A stretch of 64,000 nucleotides of DNA from an uncultured Mycoplasmatota bacterium (GTDB lineage Bacteria > Bacillota_I > Bacilli_A > RF39 > UBA660). Both the position numbers and the translations under genes were made by a program. The notes below the pieces were generated by a model. The model was not told where the DNA came from. It worked only from the letters and a program-made list of their open reading frames with translations, and searched no databases. Below are positions 1 to 10,637 of the stretch, piece by piece. Positions within the stretch are counted from its first letter, which is position 1. Each line of letters starts with the position of its first letter. The DNA lies in assembly GCA_947056845.1 (NCBI GenBank), contig CAMSCJ010000001.1, positions 96,442 through 160,441 of the forward strand, written 5' to 3'.

Positions 1-880
1 ACATTCCAACAATCATACCAATTGTTACTAAAGCTATAGCTACAAGGTAAATAAAAGGTTCTGGTTTTATTAATTGAATAATTTGAGTAAACAATTTGCC
101 ACCAAATTTATTATAAATAGCCACATAACCATATATAGTTATAACAACTGGCAAAATAGAACCAATAATTCCTAAAACTAAACCCTCTAGGATAAATGGA
201 ATCTTTATGTTTATATTGGATGCTCCAACTAAACGCATAATTTCAATTTCTCTACGACGTGAGAAAATTGTAATTTTTATTGTATTAGATATTAAGAAAG
301 CCGTAACTAAAATTAAAGCAATAACAACGATTAAACTAACATTTTTAATTGAATCAAAAACAGATACTAATTGTTCGACCATACCTTCTCCATATTTAAC
401 GACATCGACATGATTTATACCCTTTATTTGATTAGCAATATCTCCAATGGTATCAATATCAATAACCTTAACTTGAAATGTAGCTTGAAGTGGATTTTCC
501 TCTTCCTTCCATTCTGACATAATTGAACCAAAAATATCAGATGAATCCATCATCTCTTCAGTTATATCTGTTTTAGAACGATATACATAATTTTCGATAT
601 TATCAAGTTTTTTTATTTCTTCTTCAACCATTTTGGTTTCTTCCTCGGTAATATCAACATCAAGAAAAGCAACAATTGTGACATCTTTTTCTACTAAAGT
701 AGCAAAGTTATTTACATTATATGTTAAAATGATAGCAACAGCAACAACAATTAAGGTAATAGCTATACAAGAAATAGATGCTAAAGAAAGGGAAAAATTT
801 CTAAATACACTCTTAAAAGAATCACGTATATTTCTACTTAAAACTCTAAATGCCCTCATGTGTATAAGTTCCTTTCTCAT
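1..880 (-). CDS. ftsX: Cell-division ABC transporter permease FtsX. The start is at ATG 880 or 859 and the C-terminus runs off the window edge. Not in the ORF track because it is incomplete.
   Basis: My own minus-strand translation gives about 293 aa (MRKELIHMRALRVLSRNIRDS...IEIMRLVGAS...) with 4 TM helices and an extracellular loop, typical of FtsX. It overlaps the ftsE stop, as expected for the ftsEX operon. Confidence 0.75.
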   Translation of the reverse strand, partial: MRKELIHMRAFRVLSRNIRDSFKSVFRNFSLSLASISCIAITLIVVAVAIILTYNVNNFATLVEKDVTIVAFLDVDITEEETKMVEEEIKKLDNIENYVYRSKTDITEEMMDSSDIFGSIMSEWKEEENPLQATFQVKVIDIDTIGDIANQIKGINHVDVVKYGEGMVEQLVSVFDSIKNVSLIVVIALILVTAFLISNTIKITIFSRRREIEIMRLVGASNINIKIPFILEGLVLGIIGSILPVVITIYGYVAIYNKFGGKLFTQIIQLIKPEPFIYLVAIALVTIGMIVGM

Positions 881-1541
881 AATCTTTTAAAATTCTTCCA
901 GCATCTAATAAAATGACCCTCTTCTTCATTAAGGATACAATATTTGTATCATGAGTAACCATAATTATTGTTGTCCCTAATTTATTTATTTCTTCAAGGA
1001 CTTTCATAATTTCCATGCTTGTTGCCTCATCAAGATTTCCAGTTGGTTCATCGCAGATTAGAAGCTTTGGACCATTGACAATAGCTCTAGCTATTGCCAC
1101 TCTTTGTTGCTCACCACCTGATAGTTCAGTTGGATAATGTTTAGCCTTGTTTTTTAGGCCTACCAAATCTAAAACCTTTAAAACTTTTTCATGTATTTCA
1201 CTTTTAGGAAGCCCAAAAACTTCTAGAGCAAAAGCTACATTTTCATAAACAGTTAATTTTGAAAGTAACTTAAAGTCTTGAAAGACAACCCCAAGCTTCC
1301 TTCTAAGTTTATATACTTTACCATTACGTAATTTAGCAACATCTAAGCCACCAACAATAATTTTTCCACTTGTTGGTTTTTCTTCACGATATAACATTTT
1401 GATTAAAGTTGACTTACCGCATCCTGTTGACCCTATAATAAAAACAAAGTCTCCCTTTTCAATTGTTAAATCTAAATCATAAATGGCTGTAACACCATTT
1501 TTATATTGTTTATTAACGCCTTTCATTCTTATTAGATTCAT
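846..1541 (-). CDS. ftsE: Cell-division ATP-binding protein FtsE
   Basis: Walker A GSTGCGKST, ABC signature LSGGEQQRVAIARA, Walker B LLICDEPTGNLD. Sits directly upstream of ftsX. Confidence 0.9.
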   Translation of the reverse strand: MNLIRMKGVNKQYKNGVTAIYDLDLTIEKGDFVFIIGSTGCGKSTLIKMLYREEKPTSGKIIVGGLDVAKLRNGKVYKLRRKLGVVFQDFKLLSKLTVYENVAFALEVFGLPKSEIHEKVLKVLDLVGLKNKAKHYPTELSGGEQQRVAIARAIVNGPKLLICDEPTGNLDEATSMEIMKVLEEINKLGTTIIMVTHDTNIVSLMKKRVILLDAGRILKDYEKGTYTHEGI

Positions 1542-1558
1542 ACAACACCTCTATTCTT

Positions 1559-2434
1559 CTAAATTCCACCAGACACTTCATAAGCATCTGTAACAATGAA
1601 AAATGCTTCTTTATCAATTTGATAAATACCTTCTTTGACCATAAAATACTCTTTAGTTGGTATAATACACATAATTACTTTCTGATTATTACCTGTATAT
1701 CCGCCTCTTCCATCTAATACTGTAATTCCATGTTTCAAGGTATTAGTAATATATCTTTTAACTTCTGTCTCATGTTCAGTAATAATATAGAAAGCTTTTG
1801 ATTGGGAAATACCTAATATAACTTTATCGGTCATGATACTTATAATATAAAGTGAAATCATAGAATACATCAACTTTGTCCAGCCAAAAACAAAAACACT
1901 ACTAGCAATAATTAAACCATCAGTAAAAAACATCGATGTACCTAATGACATTTTAAAATACTTTGAAACGATTTGATTTAAAATATCAGTACCACCTGTC
2001 GTAAATCCAGATTTAAAAATTAAACCTAATCCAAAGCCGGCGATAACAGCCCCAAAAATAACAATAATAATAGGATCAGCATCACTTAAATTTACATATT
2101 GTGGTACCCATTCTGTTAAACTAACAAAAATAGGATATAATAATGACCCAATAATCGAATTTTTAGTTTTTTCGATACCTAATAATATAAAACTCAAAAT
2201 TAATAATAGAACTGAACCAATTAAAATTACAACTGATGGGCTCCAATTAAAAAGCTGTTTAAACATAACACCCAATCCGCCAACACCATAGACAACAGAA
2301 CTTGGTAACATAAATAAATTATATGAAAGAGCAGTAATAATCATTCCTAAAATAAATTGTGTATAGCGTTTTAATCGACCACGTTCATATATTTTTTTCA
2401 ATATATTTTCTTCATTTTTTCTTTTAAACAACAT
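1559..2434 (-). CDS. YitT-family membrane protein (DUF161 plus DUF2179)
   Basis: Polytopic N-terminal domain with GGTD motif and a soluble C-terminal domain (TVLDGRGGYTG), as in the YitT/YqfU family. Confidence 0.6.
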   Translation of the reverse strand: MLFKRKNEENILKKIYERGRLKRYTQFILGMIITALSYNLFMLPSSVVYGVGGLGVMFKQLFNWSPSVVILIGSVLLLILSFILLGIEKTKNSIIGSLLYPIFVSLTEWVPQYVNLSDADPIIIVIFGAVIAGFGLGLIFKSGFTTGGTDILNQIVSKYFKMSLGTSMFFTDGLIIASSVFVFGWTKLMYSMISLYIISIMTDKVILGISQSKAFYIITEHETEVKRYITNTLKHGITVLDGRGGYTGNNQKVIMCIIPTKEYFMVKEGIYQIDKEAFFIVTDAYEVSGGI

Positions 2435-3537
2435 TCTCGATTCTCCTCTTTAAATTAGCAGTTATAAATATATCTATATCACCATCTAAAACCTTTGAAA
2501 CATTACTTGTTTCCACATTTGTTCGATGATCTTTTACCATAGAATATGGATGCATAATGTAACTACGAATTTGAGAACCAAAATTTATATCTTTCAAATC
2601 ACCCTTTAGTTCACGCAAATCTTTTTCTCTTTTTTCAATTTCTAATTGATATAATTTACTTTTTAAAATTTCTAAGGCTTTTTCTTTATTTTGGATTTGA
2701 CTTCTCTCATTTTGAACAGTTACGACAATTTTAGTTGGCAAGTGAGTTATTCTAACTGCTGAATCAGTAGTATTAACACCTTGACCACCACATCCACTTG
2801 AACGATACACATCAATACGAAGATCAGTATCGTTAATTTCTATATTAATATCGCCATTTTCAAATAATGGTGTTATATCGATTGAAGCAAATGATGTATG
2901 TCTTCTAGAATTAGAATCAAATGGTGAAATTCTAATTAAACGATGAACACCCTTTTCGTTTTTCAAATAGCCATAGCTATTAATACCATGAATTAATAAT
3001 ACAGAGCTTTTAATTCCCGTTTCTTCTCCGGCTTGCTCATCAACTAATTCATATTTATATCCCTTTAAATCACACCATCTAAGATACATTCTTTTTAGCA
3101 TAAGTGCCCAATCACACGCTTCTGTGCCCCCTGCACCACTATGAATCTCAATCATCGCATCACCATGGTCATATAGTCCATCTAATAATAAGCCTACTTC
3201 TAAATTATTTAAATCTTGACGGAGTTTTTCCTGTTGGGCACTTAAAATCTCGATAAGTTCTAAATCAGGTTCTAACTTTAATAATTCTAATGTTTCAATA
3301 TCATTTTCAATATTATGCTTATATTGTTCAATATCATTTAATTGCTTTTTTAAATAATTAAGTTCACTAATTACTTTCTCGCTATTTACTCTATCACTCC
3401 AAAAGTCACTAGCTTCCATTTCTTTTTCTAGTTCTAAAATTTTTTTTCTTTTTTTATCAGGTTCAAAGTGACCTCCATAAATCTTTTATTCGTGTTAAAT
3501 AGTTATTATAAACATTAACTAATTCATTTATTTCCAT
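2424..3537 (-). CDS. prfB: Peptide chain release factor 2, with programmed +1 ribosomal frameshift
   Basis: ORF 2424..3419 carries SPF and GGQ motifs. The upstream frame 0 reads ATG(3537) MEINELVNVYNNYLTRIKDLWRSL then in-frame TGA (3465..3463), within the CTT TGA context preceded by the SD-like GGAGG. Shifting +1 continues into the track ORF. Confidence 0.9.
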
Positions 3538-3558
3538 AACTATCCTCCAATCTTTATT

Positions 3559-3587
3559 ATTATATCATTTAAAAATAAATAAGTAAA
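3559..3587 (-). promoter_or_regulatory. Sigma-A-type promoter for prfB (TTTACT, 17 nt spacer, TATAAT)
   Basis: Minus-strand sequence TTTACTtatttatttttaaatgaTATAAT lies 20-30 nt upstream of the prfB ATG. Confidence 0.4.
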
Positions 3588-3621
3588 TTAACTAAGAAAA
3601 AAAAGATAAAATATTATCTCC

Positions 3622-5202
3622 TTAATCAATCCATTTAACGGTTTGTTTTTCTAAATGGTAATAATCTAAATACCATGGTTCAACATAAGAAAAATCTTCT
3701 GGCATGTGAAAAGCATATTGGGGGTATTTTAATTTTTTTAAATAAACATCGATTGCTAAAGTTCGGTCAACATTATTAATAATATTTAGATTATAATCAA
3801 AAATCTTAGAATTTTCATGATAATAATAAATACATTTTGAAAAATTAAAAATATTAAATAAAACAAACAAACCAATTAGACTATATTTAAAATAAGGTAA
3901 TTTATCATTATGATATTTCTTAACAATGATAAAAATGATAAGCATGATAAGACCTAATAACCATTGTATATTTAAAATACAAATCCATAAAATAAATATT
4001 TTCAATTGATTATCACCATTATAATAACTATAAAATACATAAATTAAAAATAAAACAAGTAATGGAAAAAAGAATCTATAAGCTGTGTATTCGATTAAAA
4101 TAATAGATGTTAAATTAGCTACAATTCCTCCTAAAAGTAAATATCCTAGTTCAATATTATAATCCATTTTAATGATAAAGCAAGCATAAATATTAATAAA
4201 TAAATAGATTAAAAATATTATATCTATTAGTAAAGGTAATTGATTAAAATCAATGAAACGATAAATTGATATATTTATAAATATAAGGCAATTTATAATA
4301 ATTAGATATATACTAGCAATTTTATTAATGTTATTTTTTGCTTGTAAAAGGTAATATGTTAAAATCATTGACATAATAAATAAAATTGGTGTAAAACTAG
4401 AAGAAAATAAGTAGCCAAAATAATCTGGTAATTTGATAATAAATTTTTCAATAATATTAGCTTCAAAAAATGTTAATTCTTGCTTCGACAAGCGATTAAG
4501 ATTTCCTGGGATAAAATAACTACTAGTTAGCATTATTACAGAAAAAAACAAGAAAATTATCATTTTTTTATTAATATTCTTCTTTAATATATTATGAAAA
4601 TTAATCATAAATAAAAATACGACAATTAGTACAGTTGTACTTTCCATAGTGAAATTAATAATTGTAAAAAATATAAGGCTTAAAATAAATCGCAAAACAG
4701 TATAATTTTTATTATTAATACAATAATCTAAAATAAAGTAGATAATTAATAACATTGGTATATAGGCCCATAAATATAAAATAGTTCCATCAGCCCAGTA
4801 TAAAAGTTCATTAAGCATACTTATATTTAATCCTAGAATAATTAAAGTAATAAAGAAAGTTATTTGTAAAGTATTATGTTGTTTTTTAATGTTAATTATT
4901 TTAGCTATATAGAAACAGAATAAAAACAAAAATAATGGATTTAAAATTCTAAAAAACTGGATACCAAACCAATATAGGCCACTAGTGACAACCGCATGAC
5001 CGATTAAACGTCCCGACCAGTTTTTAAAATAAAGTATATAAAGATAGTCTAATAGACTATTACTTTTTCTTAAGAGTGCAACTATATTATAATCATCAGC
5101 ATACATTTGAACATTTTGCATTTGAATAAAAAATAATAAATAAACAATTATTAATAAAAGAGGATATTTATATCTTTTTATAAAATTAATTATTTTTGCC
5201 AA
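3622..5202 (-). CDS. Large polytopic membrane protein (12 or more TM helices), function unknown. Possibly a GT-C-like glycosyltransferase.
   Basis: 526 aa, almost entirely hydrophobic helices. No catalytic motif recognised. Confidence 0.4.
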   Translation of the reverse strand: MAKIINFIKRYKYPLLLIIVYLLFFIQMQNVQMYADDYNIVALLRKSNSLLDYLYILYFKNWSGRLIGHAVVTSGLYWFGIQFFRILNPLFLFLFCFYIAKIINIKKQHNTLQITFFITLIILGLNISMLNELLYWADGTILYLWAYIPMLLIIYFILDYCINNKNYTVLRFILSLIFFTIINFTMESTTVLIVVFLFMINFHNILKKNINKKMIIFLFFSVIMLTSSYFIPGNLNRLSKQELTFFEANIIEKFIIKLPDYFGYLFSSSFTPILFIMSMILTYYLLQAKNNINKIASIYLIIINCLIFINISIYRFIDFNQLPLLIDIIFLIYLFINIYACFIIKMDYNIELGYLLLGGIVANLTSIILIEYTAYRFFFPLLVLFLIYVFYSYYNGDNQLKIFILWICILNIQWLLGLIMLIIFIIVKKYHNDKLPYFKYSLIGLFVLFNIFNFSKCIYYYHENSKIFDYNLNIINNVDRTLAIDVYLKKLKYPQYAFHMPEDFSYVEPWYLDYYHLEKQTVKWID

Positions 5203-5485
5203 GATTTTTTTCCATCTTTCTTAATATAAAATAACGACATTCATAAGCGCAATGTTCTTTTATATATTCCTGGTGATTAGAGAAATCATTAATTTTATTA
5301 CATTTTTTATTTCCAGTCTTATAAAAGCCTTTTAAACGTAATTTACTATAAGCCCAATCACCAATAATATAATCATAATCATAAAAATAGTCAGTATATT
5401 TATGCTTGGTTTCCTCATAATCAAAACCATCTTTATAATTTTCTAGTAATTCATATTCTATATTTTCTAATACATACTTTTTCAT
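5186..5485 (-). CDS. yutD: YutD-family protein (DUF1027)
   Basis: DYDYIIGDWAYSKLRLKGF and C...YFILRK motifs match the B. subtilis YutD family. Confidence 0.55.
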   Translation of the reverse strand: MKKYVLENIEYELLENYKDGFDYEETKHKYTDYFYDYDYIIGDWAYSKLRLKGFYKTGNKKCNKINDFSNHQEYIKEHCAYECRYFILRKMEKNLGKNN

Positions 5486-5487
5486 AT

Positions 5488-7179
5488 CTAATACTCCTTT
5501 TGAAAAGATGGGGCTATATACTTATATTTTACCAAACTTGAACCAGAATTCCAAGTCATATAACCACCTTTTAATCCAGCATCATATAATCCTTGAATTT
5601 GATCAGATATTTTAGATGAATCATAAACAATATATGGGCTTTTTATTGTATCATAGGCTTGTACCCAAGTTCTGACAATTGCTGGAGTTGGAATTTCTTT
5701 TTGACGATTCGCAGCGTAGGTACCCCAAGTATACATAAGTTTATAAGGAACAGTCCAAACAACTTCTGAAATACCAAAATCATGAGCATTAAAATGATCT
5801 GGATATGGCATAGCGCTAATTACATCGACGACATTTGATATGCTTGGCCAGTACTGCCCATAAGCAGCTACATAAGTATAAGCTGACTCTCCGAAAACAT
5901 CGGCCGATACATAGGCCCCAACAGAGTGTATTTCATCACAAGCATACATTAAAAAACGTTGAATAGCTTGAGCCTTTTCCTCACCATAATCATTTCGCAT
6001 ATTCATAGTTCCATTTTCTTCTAATTTATAAGTACGGTCTGGGAAACGTACATAATCAAACTGAATTTCATTAAAACCCATTTCTGTAACAGCTTCTTTT
6101 GCTAATTTAACATTAAATTCCCATACCTTACGTTGATAGGCACTAGGCCAATAGGAACCATTATGTGAAAATAAAGCTCCATTTCCACTATTGACAATCG
6201 CATATTCGGGATGATCTTGGGCAAAATACTGGTCTTTAAAAACAGTAATTCGCCCAATTACATAGAACCCATTATCTTTTAATTTTTTAATAACAGCTTG
6301 ATAATTTTCAAAAGAGTTAATCGCATAGCGATAATTAGTTGGTGATAACTCCTCCATAATTTTTGATGCATAAGCAGGAGCTCCACTATCCTTAATATCA
6401 ACAACGAAAGCATTTATATTACTCTGTTTAGCTAAAGCAATATACTCATCAATATTTCCTAAAACTCCACCATTTAAATATAAACTTCTAACTTCATTAG
6501 GCATTACGTTGTTATCAAACACAGGTTTTTGATAAGGAAAATAGTCTAAATTACCACCCGATCCTCCACCATATATATCAGCCCTATTTAAATGAATTTG
6601 ATAATTACCATCTTGATCATAATTTTGATTAGCCTCTTCTATTGTTTTAACTGTATATTTTTGATAAATATAACCCTCAATATCATTATATTTTATTTTA
6701 TATTTTGAAACATTTCCATCGCTTAAAAATTTATCAAAACCAATTATTTCTATTTTTTCACCCTTTTTAACTATGCCTAAAATATCAACATTTTCACTAT
6801 CTTTATAGATAGAAGCTGGTGTTCTAACAAAACGTTCAGTCTCTAATACTGTATTTTGTAGTTCATCTACTAAATCATTTTTTAAAATTAAGTACTCTTT
6901 TTCGTTATAAATGATTTTAACATAAATATTATTATCTTCTTCGTTGTTTTCATTAGTTAAATCCTTAAAAAAAACTTTAACTTTTGTACCCCTAGTAATT
7001 GTCTCTACTTTGTTATATTCTAAATCATATAATTGAACAGTTAAGTCACCACTAGCAACATACATATCATTTTCAACTATTTTTTCAGGGATTATTTTTT
7101 TAAAGAATATATTTTTAATTGTAAAAAATAAACTTACTATTATTAAAATTGTTACAATAAATATTACTACTTTTTTCAT
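5488..7179 (-). CDS. Putative glycoside hydrolase of the GHL10/DUF4015 (YngK-like) family, with a TM anchor and SH3-like N-terminal repeats
   Basis: N-terminal TM, then the conserved block NAFVVDIKD...FDYVRFPD...VSADVFG typical of the YngK/GH114-like hydrolase family. Confidence 0.5.
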   Translation of the reverse strand: MKKVVIFIVTILIIVSLFFTIKNIFFKKIIPEKIVENDMYVASGDLTVQLYDLEYNKVETITRGTKVKVFFKDLTNENNEEDNNIYVKIIYNEKEYLILKNDLVDELQNTVLETERFVRTPASIYKDSENVDILGIVKKGEKIEIIGFDKFLSDGNVSKYKIKYNDIEGYIYQKYTVKTIEEANQNYDQDGNYQIHLNRADIYGGGSGGNLDYFPYQKPVFDNNVMPNEVRSLYLNGGVLGNIDEYIALAKQSNINAFVVDIKDSGAPAYASKIMEELSPTNYRYAINSFENYQAVIKKLKDNGFYVIGRITVFKDQYFAQDHPEYAIVNSGNGALFSHNGSYWPSAYQRKVWEFNVKLAKEAVTEMGFNEIQFDYVRFPDRTYKLEENGTMNMRNDYGEEKAQAIQRFLMYACDEIHSVGAYVSADVFGESAYTYVAAYGQYWPSISNVVDVISAMPYPDHFNAHDFGISEVVWTVPYKLMYTWGTYAANRQKEIPTPAIVRTWVQAYDTIKSPYIVYDSSKISDQIQGLYDAGLKGGYMTWNSGSSLVKYKYIAPSFQKEY

Positions 7180-7201
7180 AAAACACCACTCTTACTTCTT
7201 T

Positions 7202-7972
7202 TTAATTTGGGATTGTTAATGGAATTGAACTATTTGATAAACCTCCTAATAAATAATCAGGAACAATTCCTTGGACTAGTTTCATAGCAACAGGGATATC
7301 TGTTTCAACCGTAATTGTCTCAGTTATAAATGGTAAAATTACTCTTGCTTCAACTTGAACATTAATACTTACTTCAATTAAGGCATTATTAATTCCATAA
7401 TTTGTAACTTTTGTATTAACATTGCTAACAATATCACCTACTAGACTTAATTTAACAGGTATTTTAGGACCAATGTTAGAAAGTAAAGAATTTTTAAAAA
7501 TAACACCAGTTGGTATTTCATAAATAACTCCCTTAGATAATTTTTCTTCATCATAATCAATTAAAATATTATCTGGAAGCTCTAATAAATCTAATTTACC
7601 TTCTTCTAAGTATTTAAGGTTAAGCTGAATTGTATTTACAATTTTATTTAAAGTCTTATTAACTACAATAGGATCAAAATCAATTGTCCTAATTTCACCA
7701 GACTCAGACCTTGTTATTATGAACATATCTTCAACATTTAAATCCTCGGCAATCTGTTTAGAAATAGCTCTATTAATAATCAAATTTGAAAGTTTTCGTA
7801 CCTGACTAGAGGCATAGCCCATTAATACTGGTACCACATTTTTATTAAGATAATTTATCGAAAAAAAAGTCATAGTTAATATTAAAACAAAGATAATAAT
7901 AATTGTATTACCTATTCCAAGTTTCCATTTTTTCGCCTTTTTTAAATGAATTTTTTTTCGCATTTTCTTCAC
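7202..7972 (-). CDS. yunB: Sporulation protein YunB. The likely true start is ATG 7963; the track 'M' at 7972 is GTG.
   Basis: N-terminal TM plus conserved YGINNALIEV...ILPF region of the Spore_YunB family. RBS AGGAAG precedes ATG 7963. Confidence 0.6.
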   Translation of the reverse strand: MKKMRKKIHLKKAKKWKLGIGNTIIIIFVLILTMTFFSINYLNKNVVPVLMGYASSQVRKLSNLIINRAISKQIAEDLNVEDMFIITRSESGEIRTIDFDPIVVNKTLNKIVNTIQLNLKYLEEGKLDLLELPDNILIDYDEEKLSKGVIYEIPTGVIFKNSLLSNIGPKIPVKLSLVGDIVSNVNTKVTNYGINNALIEVSINVQVEARVILPFITETITVETDIPVAMKLVQGIVPDYLLGGLSNSSIPLTIPN

Positions 7973-8004
7973 TTCCTAATATAATTATATAAAAATATTA
8001 GGAA
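7973..8004 (-). promoter_or_regulatory. 10-bp perfect inverted repeat in the yunB 5' UTR that would sequester the SD
   Basis: TTCCTAATAT-12 nt-ATATTAGGAA. On the mRNA the 3' arm ATATTAGGAA contains the AGGAA ribosome-binding site immediately upstream of the start. Confidence 0.3.
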
Positions 8005-8088
8005 ATAAGAATTATATGTTATCGTTCATTATTATTATACCAAAAATAATAACTAATAAACCAAATTTTTGCGAATATATTTTGTAAA

Positions 8089-8574
8089 GTGTCAAATAAT
8101 ATAAATGGTGATAATATGTATATAAAAGATATAATGTCAAAAAGACTAATCATTGGTAGTATTACTAATAATTTAGCAGAAATTGCGATAATGATGAAAA
8201 AATATGATATTGGATTTTTACCAGTTAGTGATCAGAAAAAGATTGTTGGTATTATAACTGATCGCGATATTGTCGTTAATGCTTTAAGTAATAACTGTAG
8301 TCAAAATGATATTATTGATAAATATATCGTTAGAAATATTATTTCTATTGACCAAAATAAGGATGTTGGGGATGCTATTAAACTGATGGGTGAAAAAAAA
8401 GTTAGAAGAATAATTGTCACAGATTCTAATAAAATATCAGGAATACTATCTTTAGCTGATATTTTATCTATAAGTAATTATAAAGATTTAATTAATGATA
8501 ATTTGCAAAAAATATTTGAAATTAATCGTAATGATGATTTATTTAAAACCGAAATTGATGAATTTTACTTATAA
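8089..8574 (+). CDS. CBS-pair domain protein. The track start is GTG 8089; the likely start is ATG 8116.
   Basis: Two CBS motifs (GFLPV...IVGIITDRDI; RIIVTD...ISGILSLADI). Confidence 0.7.
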   Translation: MSNNINGDNMYIKDIMSKRLIIGSITNNLAEIAIMMKKYDIGFLPVSDQKKIVGIITDRDIVVNALSNNCSQNDIIDKYIVRNIISIDQNKDVGDAIKLMGEKKVRRIIVTDSNKISGILSLADILSISNYKDLINDNLQKIFEINRNDDLFKTEIDEFYL

Positions 8575-8576
8575 AA

Positions 8577-8603
8577 AAATATGAAATTTTTCATATTTTT
8601 TTT
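8577..8603 (+). terminator. Rho-independent terminator after the CBS gene
   Basis: AAATATGAAA-tt-TTTCATATTT followed by a T-run. Confidence 0.45.
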
Positions 8604-8675
8604 AATTTAAAATACCTAGATAATATAGCATAAAATTTATTATCTAATTATTTTTCATCATAATTTTTACAAAGT

Positions 8676-9830
8676 CTATCTTTTTATAGCTACTACTATT
8701 TTTTTTAAATTGCGATAAATATTAAAAGTCACATAATATATATAATAAAATAAGCGATTAACAACAAAATCAAATTCGCCAATATATTCAATAACGTTAC
8801 CACCAAAACCTCTTTTAAACTCATAAACGCCATAATCCTTAGAACCTAAAACAAAATTACCACTAATTCCCCCAAAATCATAAAGAGGTAATTTTTTCGT
8901 CTTCGCATATTTAATCATATCAAATTGAAGTTTATATTGAGCCATAAAAGGCATATACTCTTTATAAGTTCCTCCATAAACATAGTGCATATAATATTTA
9001 TCATAAATAAAAACACCAGCTGATAAAGGAATCAACTTTTCTGTTTCTGCTTTTATTTTATCGTATAATTTATCTTCCTTAAAATAAGTTAAATATTGCT
9101 CTTTATCTAGATAAACAATTAATAGTAAGGCTTTATCATTAAAGACTTCTTTTATTTTTTGATAATAAGAAATTGTACGGTCAAAGCAATTATGTCTTTT
9201 ACAAGTATGTTCCATAATTTTTTTAAACTCTTTAATATTTTGACTATTTACTTCCTTGGTTATTAAAGGATACTTTTGAGCTTTTTTTAAAGATCTCCGG
9301 CATCTTTTATCCATATTTAACATTATATCTGATATAGATTTATCAATTGGTAAATAAAAAGACCAACGATATTGAATTTCTTTTGTATAACCTATTGTAA
9401 AACCATTATGGTGATATCCTAAACGTTTCAAAAAGTTAACGAGTCCATTTTTATTATGTGAAGAAACAATCACCCCATCTTTATTTCTTTGACAGTACTC
9501 AACAAATGGATCAATTTTTAAAACTATACCATGGTGCTTTTTAATATATTTTTTTATTTCTTTTGTAAAAAAGGCTAATATTTCATAATTATTATAATCA
9601 GTTAAAAATCCTCTTGGGGCATAAAAAATACTTTTGTTTCCAAAAATATGTTTAGAAATTAATAGTGCTAAACAAACAAATTGATTGTTTTCAATAACAC
9701 CAACATAATGACTTTGCCAACCAGTTATTGCTTTTAAATCTCCCCAAGATGCAGTTTGACAATAATTACTATTTAAAAAATTATCTTGTAATTGCTTAAA
9801 TTGTTCTTTATCTAATTTAATAAATTCCAT
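8676..9830 (-). CDS. FemAB-family peptidoglycan interpeptide-bridge aminoacyltransferase (FemX/MurM-like)
   Basis: 384 aa, with the FemAB N- and C-lobes (WGDLK...; YDFGGISG...YEFKRGFGG). Confidence 0.7.
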   Translation of the reverse strand: MEFIKLDKEQFKQLQDNFLNSNYCQTASWGDLKAITGWQSHYVGVIENNQFVCLALLISKHIFGNKSIFYAPRGFLTDYNNYEILAFFTKEIKKYIKKHHGIVLKIDPFVEYCQRNKDGVIVSSHNKNGLVNFLKRLGYHHNGFTIGYTKEIQYRWSFYLPIDKSISDIMLNMDKRCRRSLKKAQKYPLITKEVNSQNIKEFKKIMEHTCKRHNCFDRTISYYQKIKEVFNDKALLLIVYLDKEQYLTYFKEDKLYDKIKAETEKLIPLSAGVFIYDKYYMHYVYGGTYKEYMPFMAQYKLQFDMIKYAKTKKLPLYDFGGISGNFVLGSKDYGVYEFKRGFGGNVIEYIGEFDFVVNRLFYYIYYVTFNIYRNLKKIVVAIKR

Positions 9831-9920
9831 TTTATCAACTCACTTCTTAATACTTTCTATATTAAGAATAAGTGATATTTGTATCAAGAAAAAATAATTT
9901 TTGTATCTTTTTTGTAAATT

Positions 9921-10637
9921 TTAATAATCAAATTCATTTTTATCATAAATGGCTTCTTTATAATAATTATTACTAATATGTAATGAAAAAATTTCACAGC
10001 CTTCAAAACATTCAGGATTAAAAGAGGCTTCAATAATATATTTGAATTTTGTATTTATATTTAAATATTCTCTAAAATCATTATCAATATTTTTAAAAGA
10101 TGTAGCAAAATCTAGTTTGTGCTGTTTAATGCCTGTATTATAAACTGACAGGCTAAAAATGGTATTATCATAAGCGTCCATTAAAACATATACTTGGAAA
10201 ACATCATTAGAATAAGATACATTTTTTATAGTTAAACCTTTATAATTATCACCATTTAAATAATTTTTGGTAATATCAATCATGCTTAAATGTTCATAAT
10301 CAAACATAAAGTTTTCTTCATAAATGTTCGCTAGTGCTGGATTTATTTTAGCTAATTCATCTTTAATACTATTTATATTCTGTTCATAATTTTCACGAGT
10401 TGGAACTTCTAACATAGGTAAACTACTATAATTATCAGAAAATAAAATATCTATTTTTTCGTCATTAGTTAAATTATAATTATCATAAATATTCTCTAGA
10501 TTAAGTTCTTTTTTACTAATAGTGTTAAGCATTTTTTTATCATACAAATTAAAATATATTTTAGGGAAATTAATGATTAAAAAAGATATTAACAAAAAGA
10601 TAATAAATACAAAGATATATTTTAGTTTATTTATCAT
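9921..10637 (-). CDS. Hypothetical membrane-anchored extracytoplasmic protein, third gene of a two-component operon
   Basis: N-terminal TM, no recognisable domain. Overlaps the histidine kinase stop by 11 nt, implying co-translation. Confidence 0.5.
   Translation of the reverse strand: MINKLKYIFVFIIFLLISFLIINFPKIYFNLYDKKMLNTISKKELNLENIYDNYNLTNDEKIDILFSDNYSSLPMLEVPTRENYEQNINSIKDELAKINPALANIYEENFMFDYEHLSMIDITKNYLNGDNYKGLTIKNVSYSNDVFQVYVLMDAYDNTIFSLSVYNTGIKQHKLDFATSFKNIDNDFREYLNINTKFKYIIEASFNPECFEGCEIFSLHISNNYYKEAIYDKNEFDY

Noticed and set aside
207-890. Plus-strand ORFs 207..413 and 633..890
   Set aside because: They lie antisense inside the ftsX coding region and have low-complexity AT-codon composition, no ribosome-binding site and no recognisable motif.
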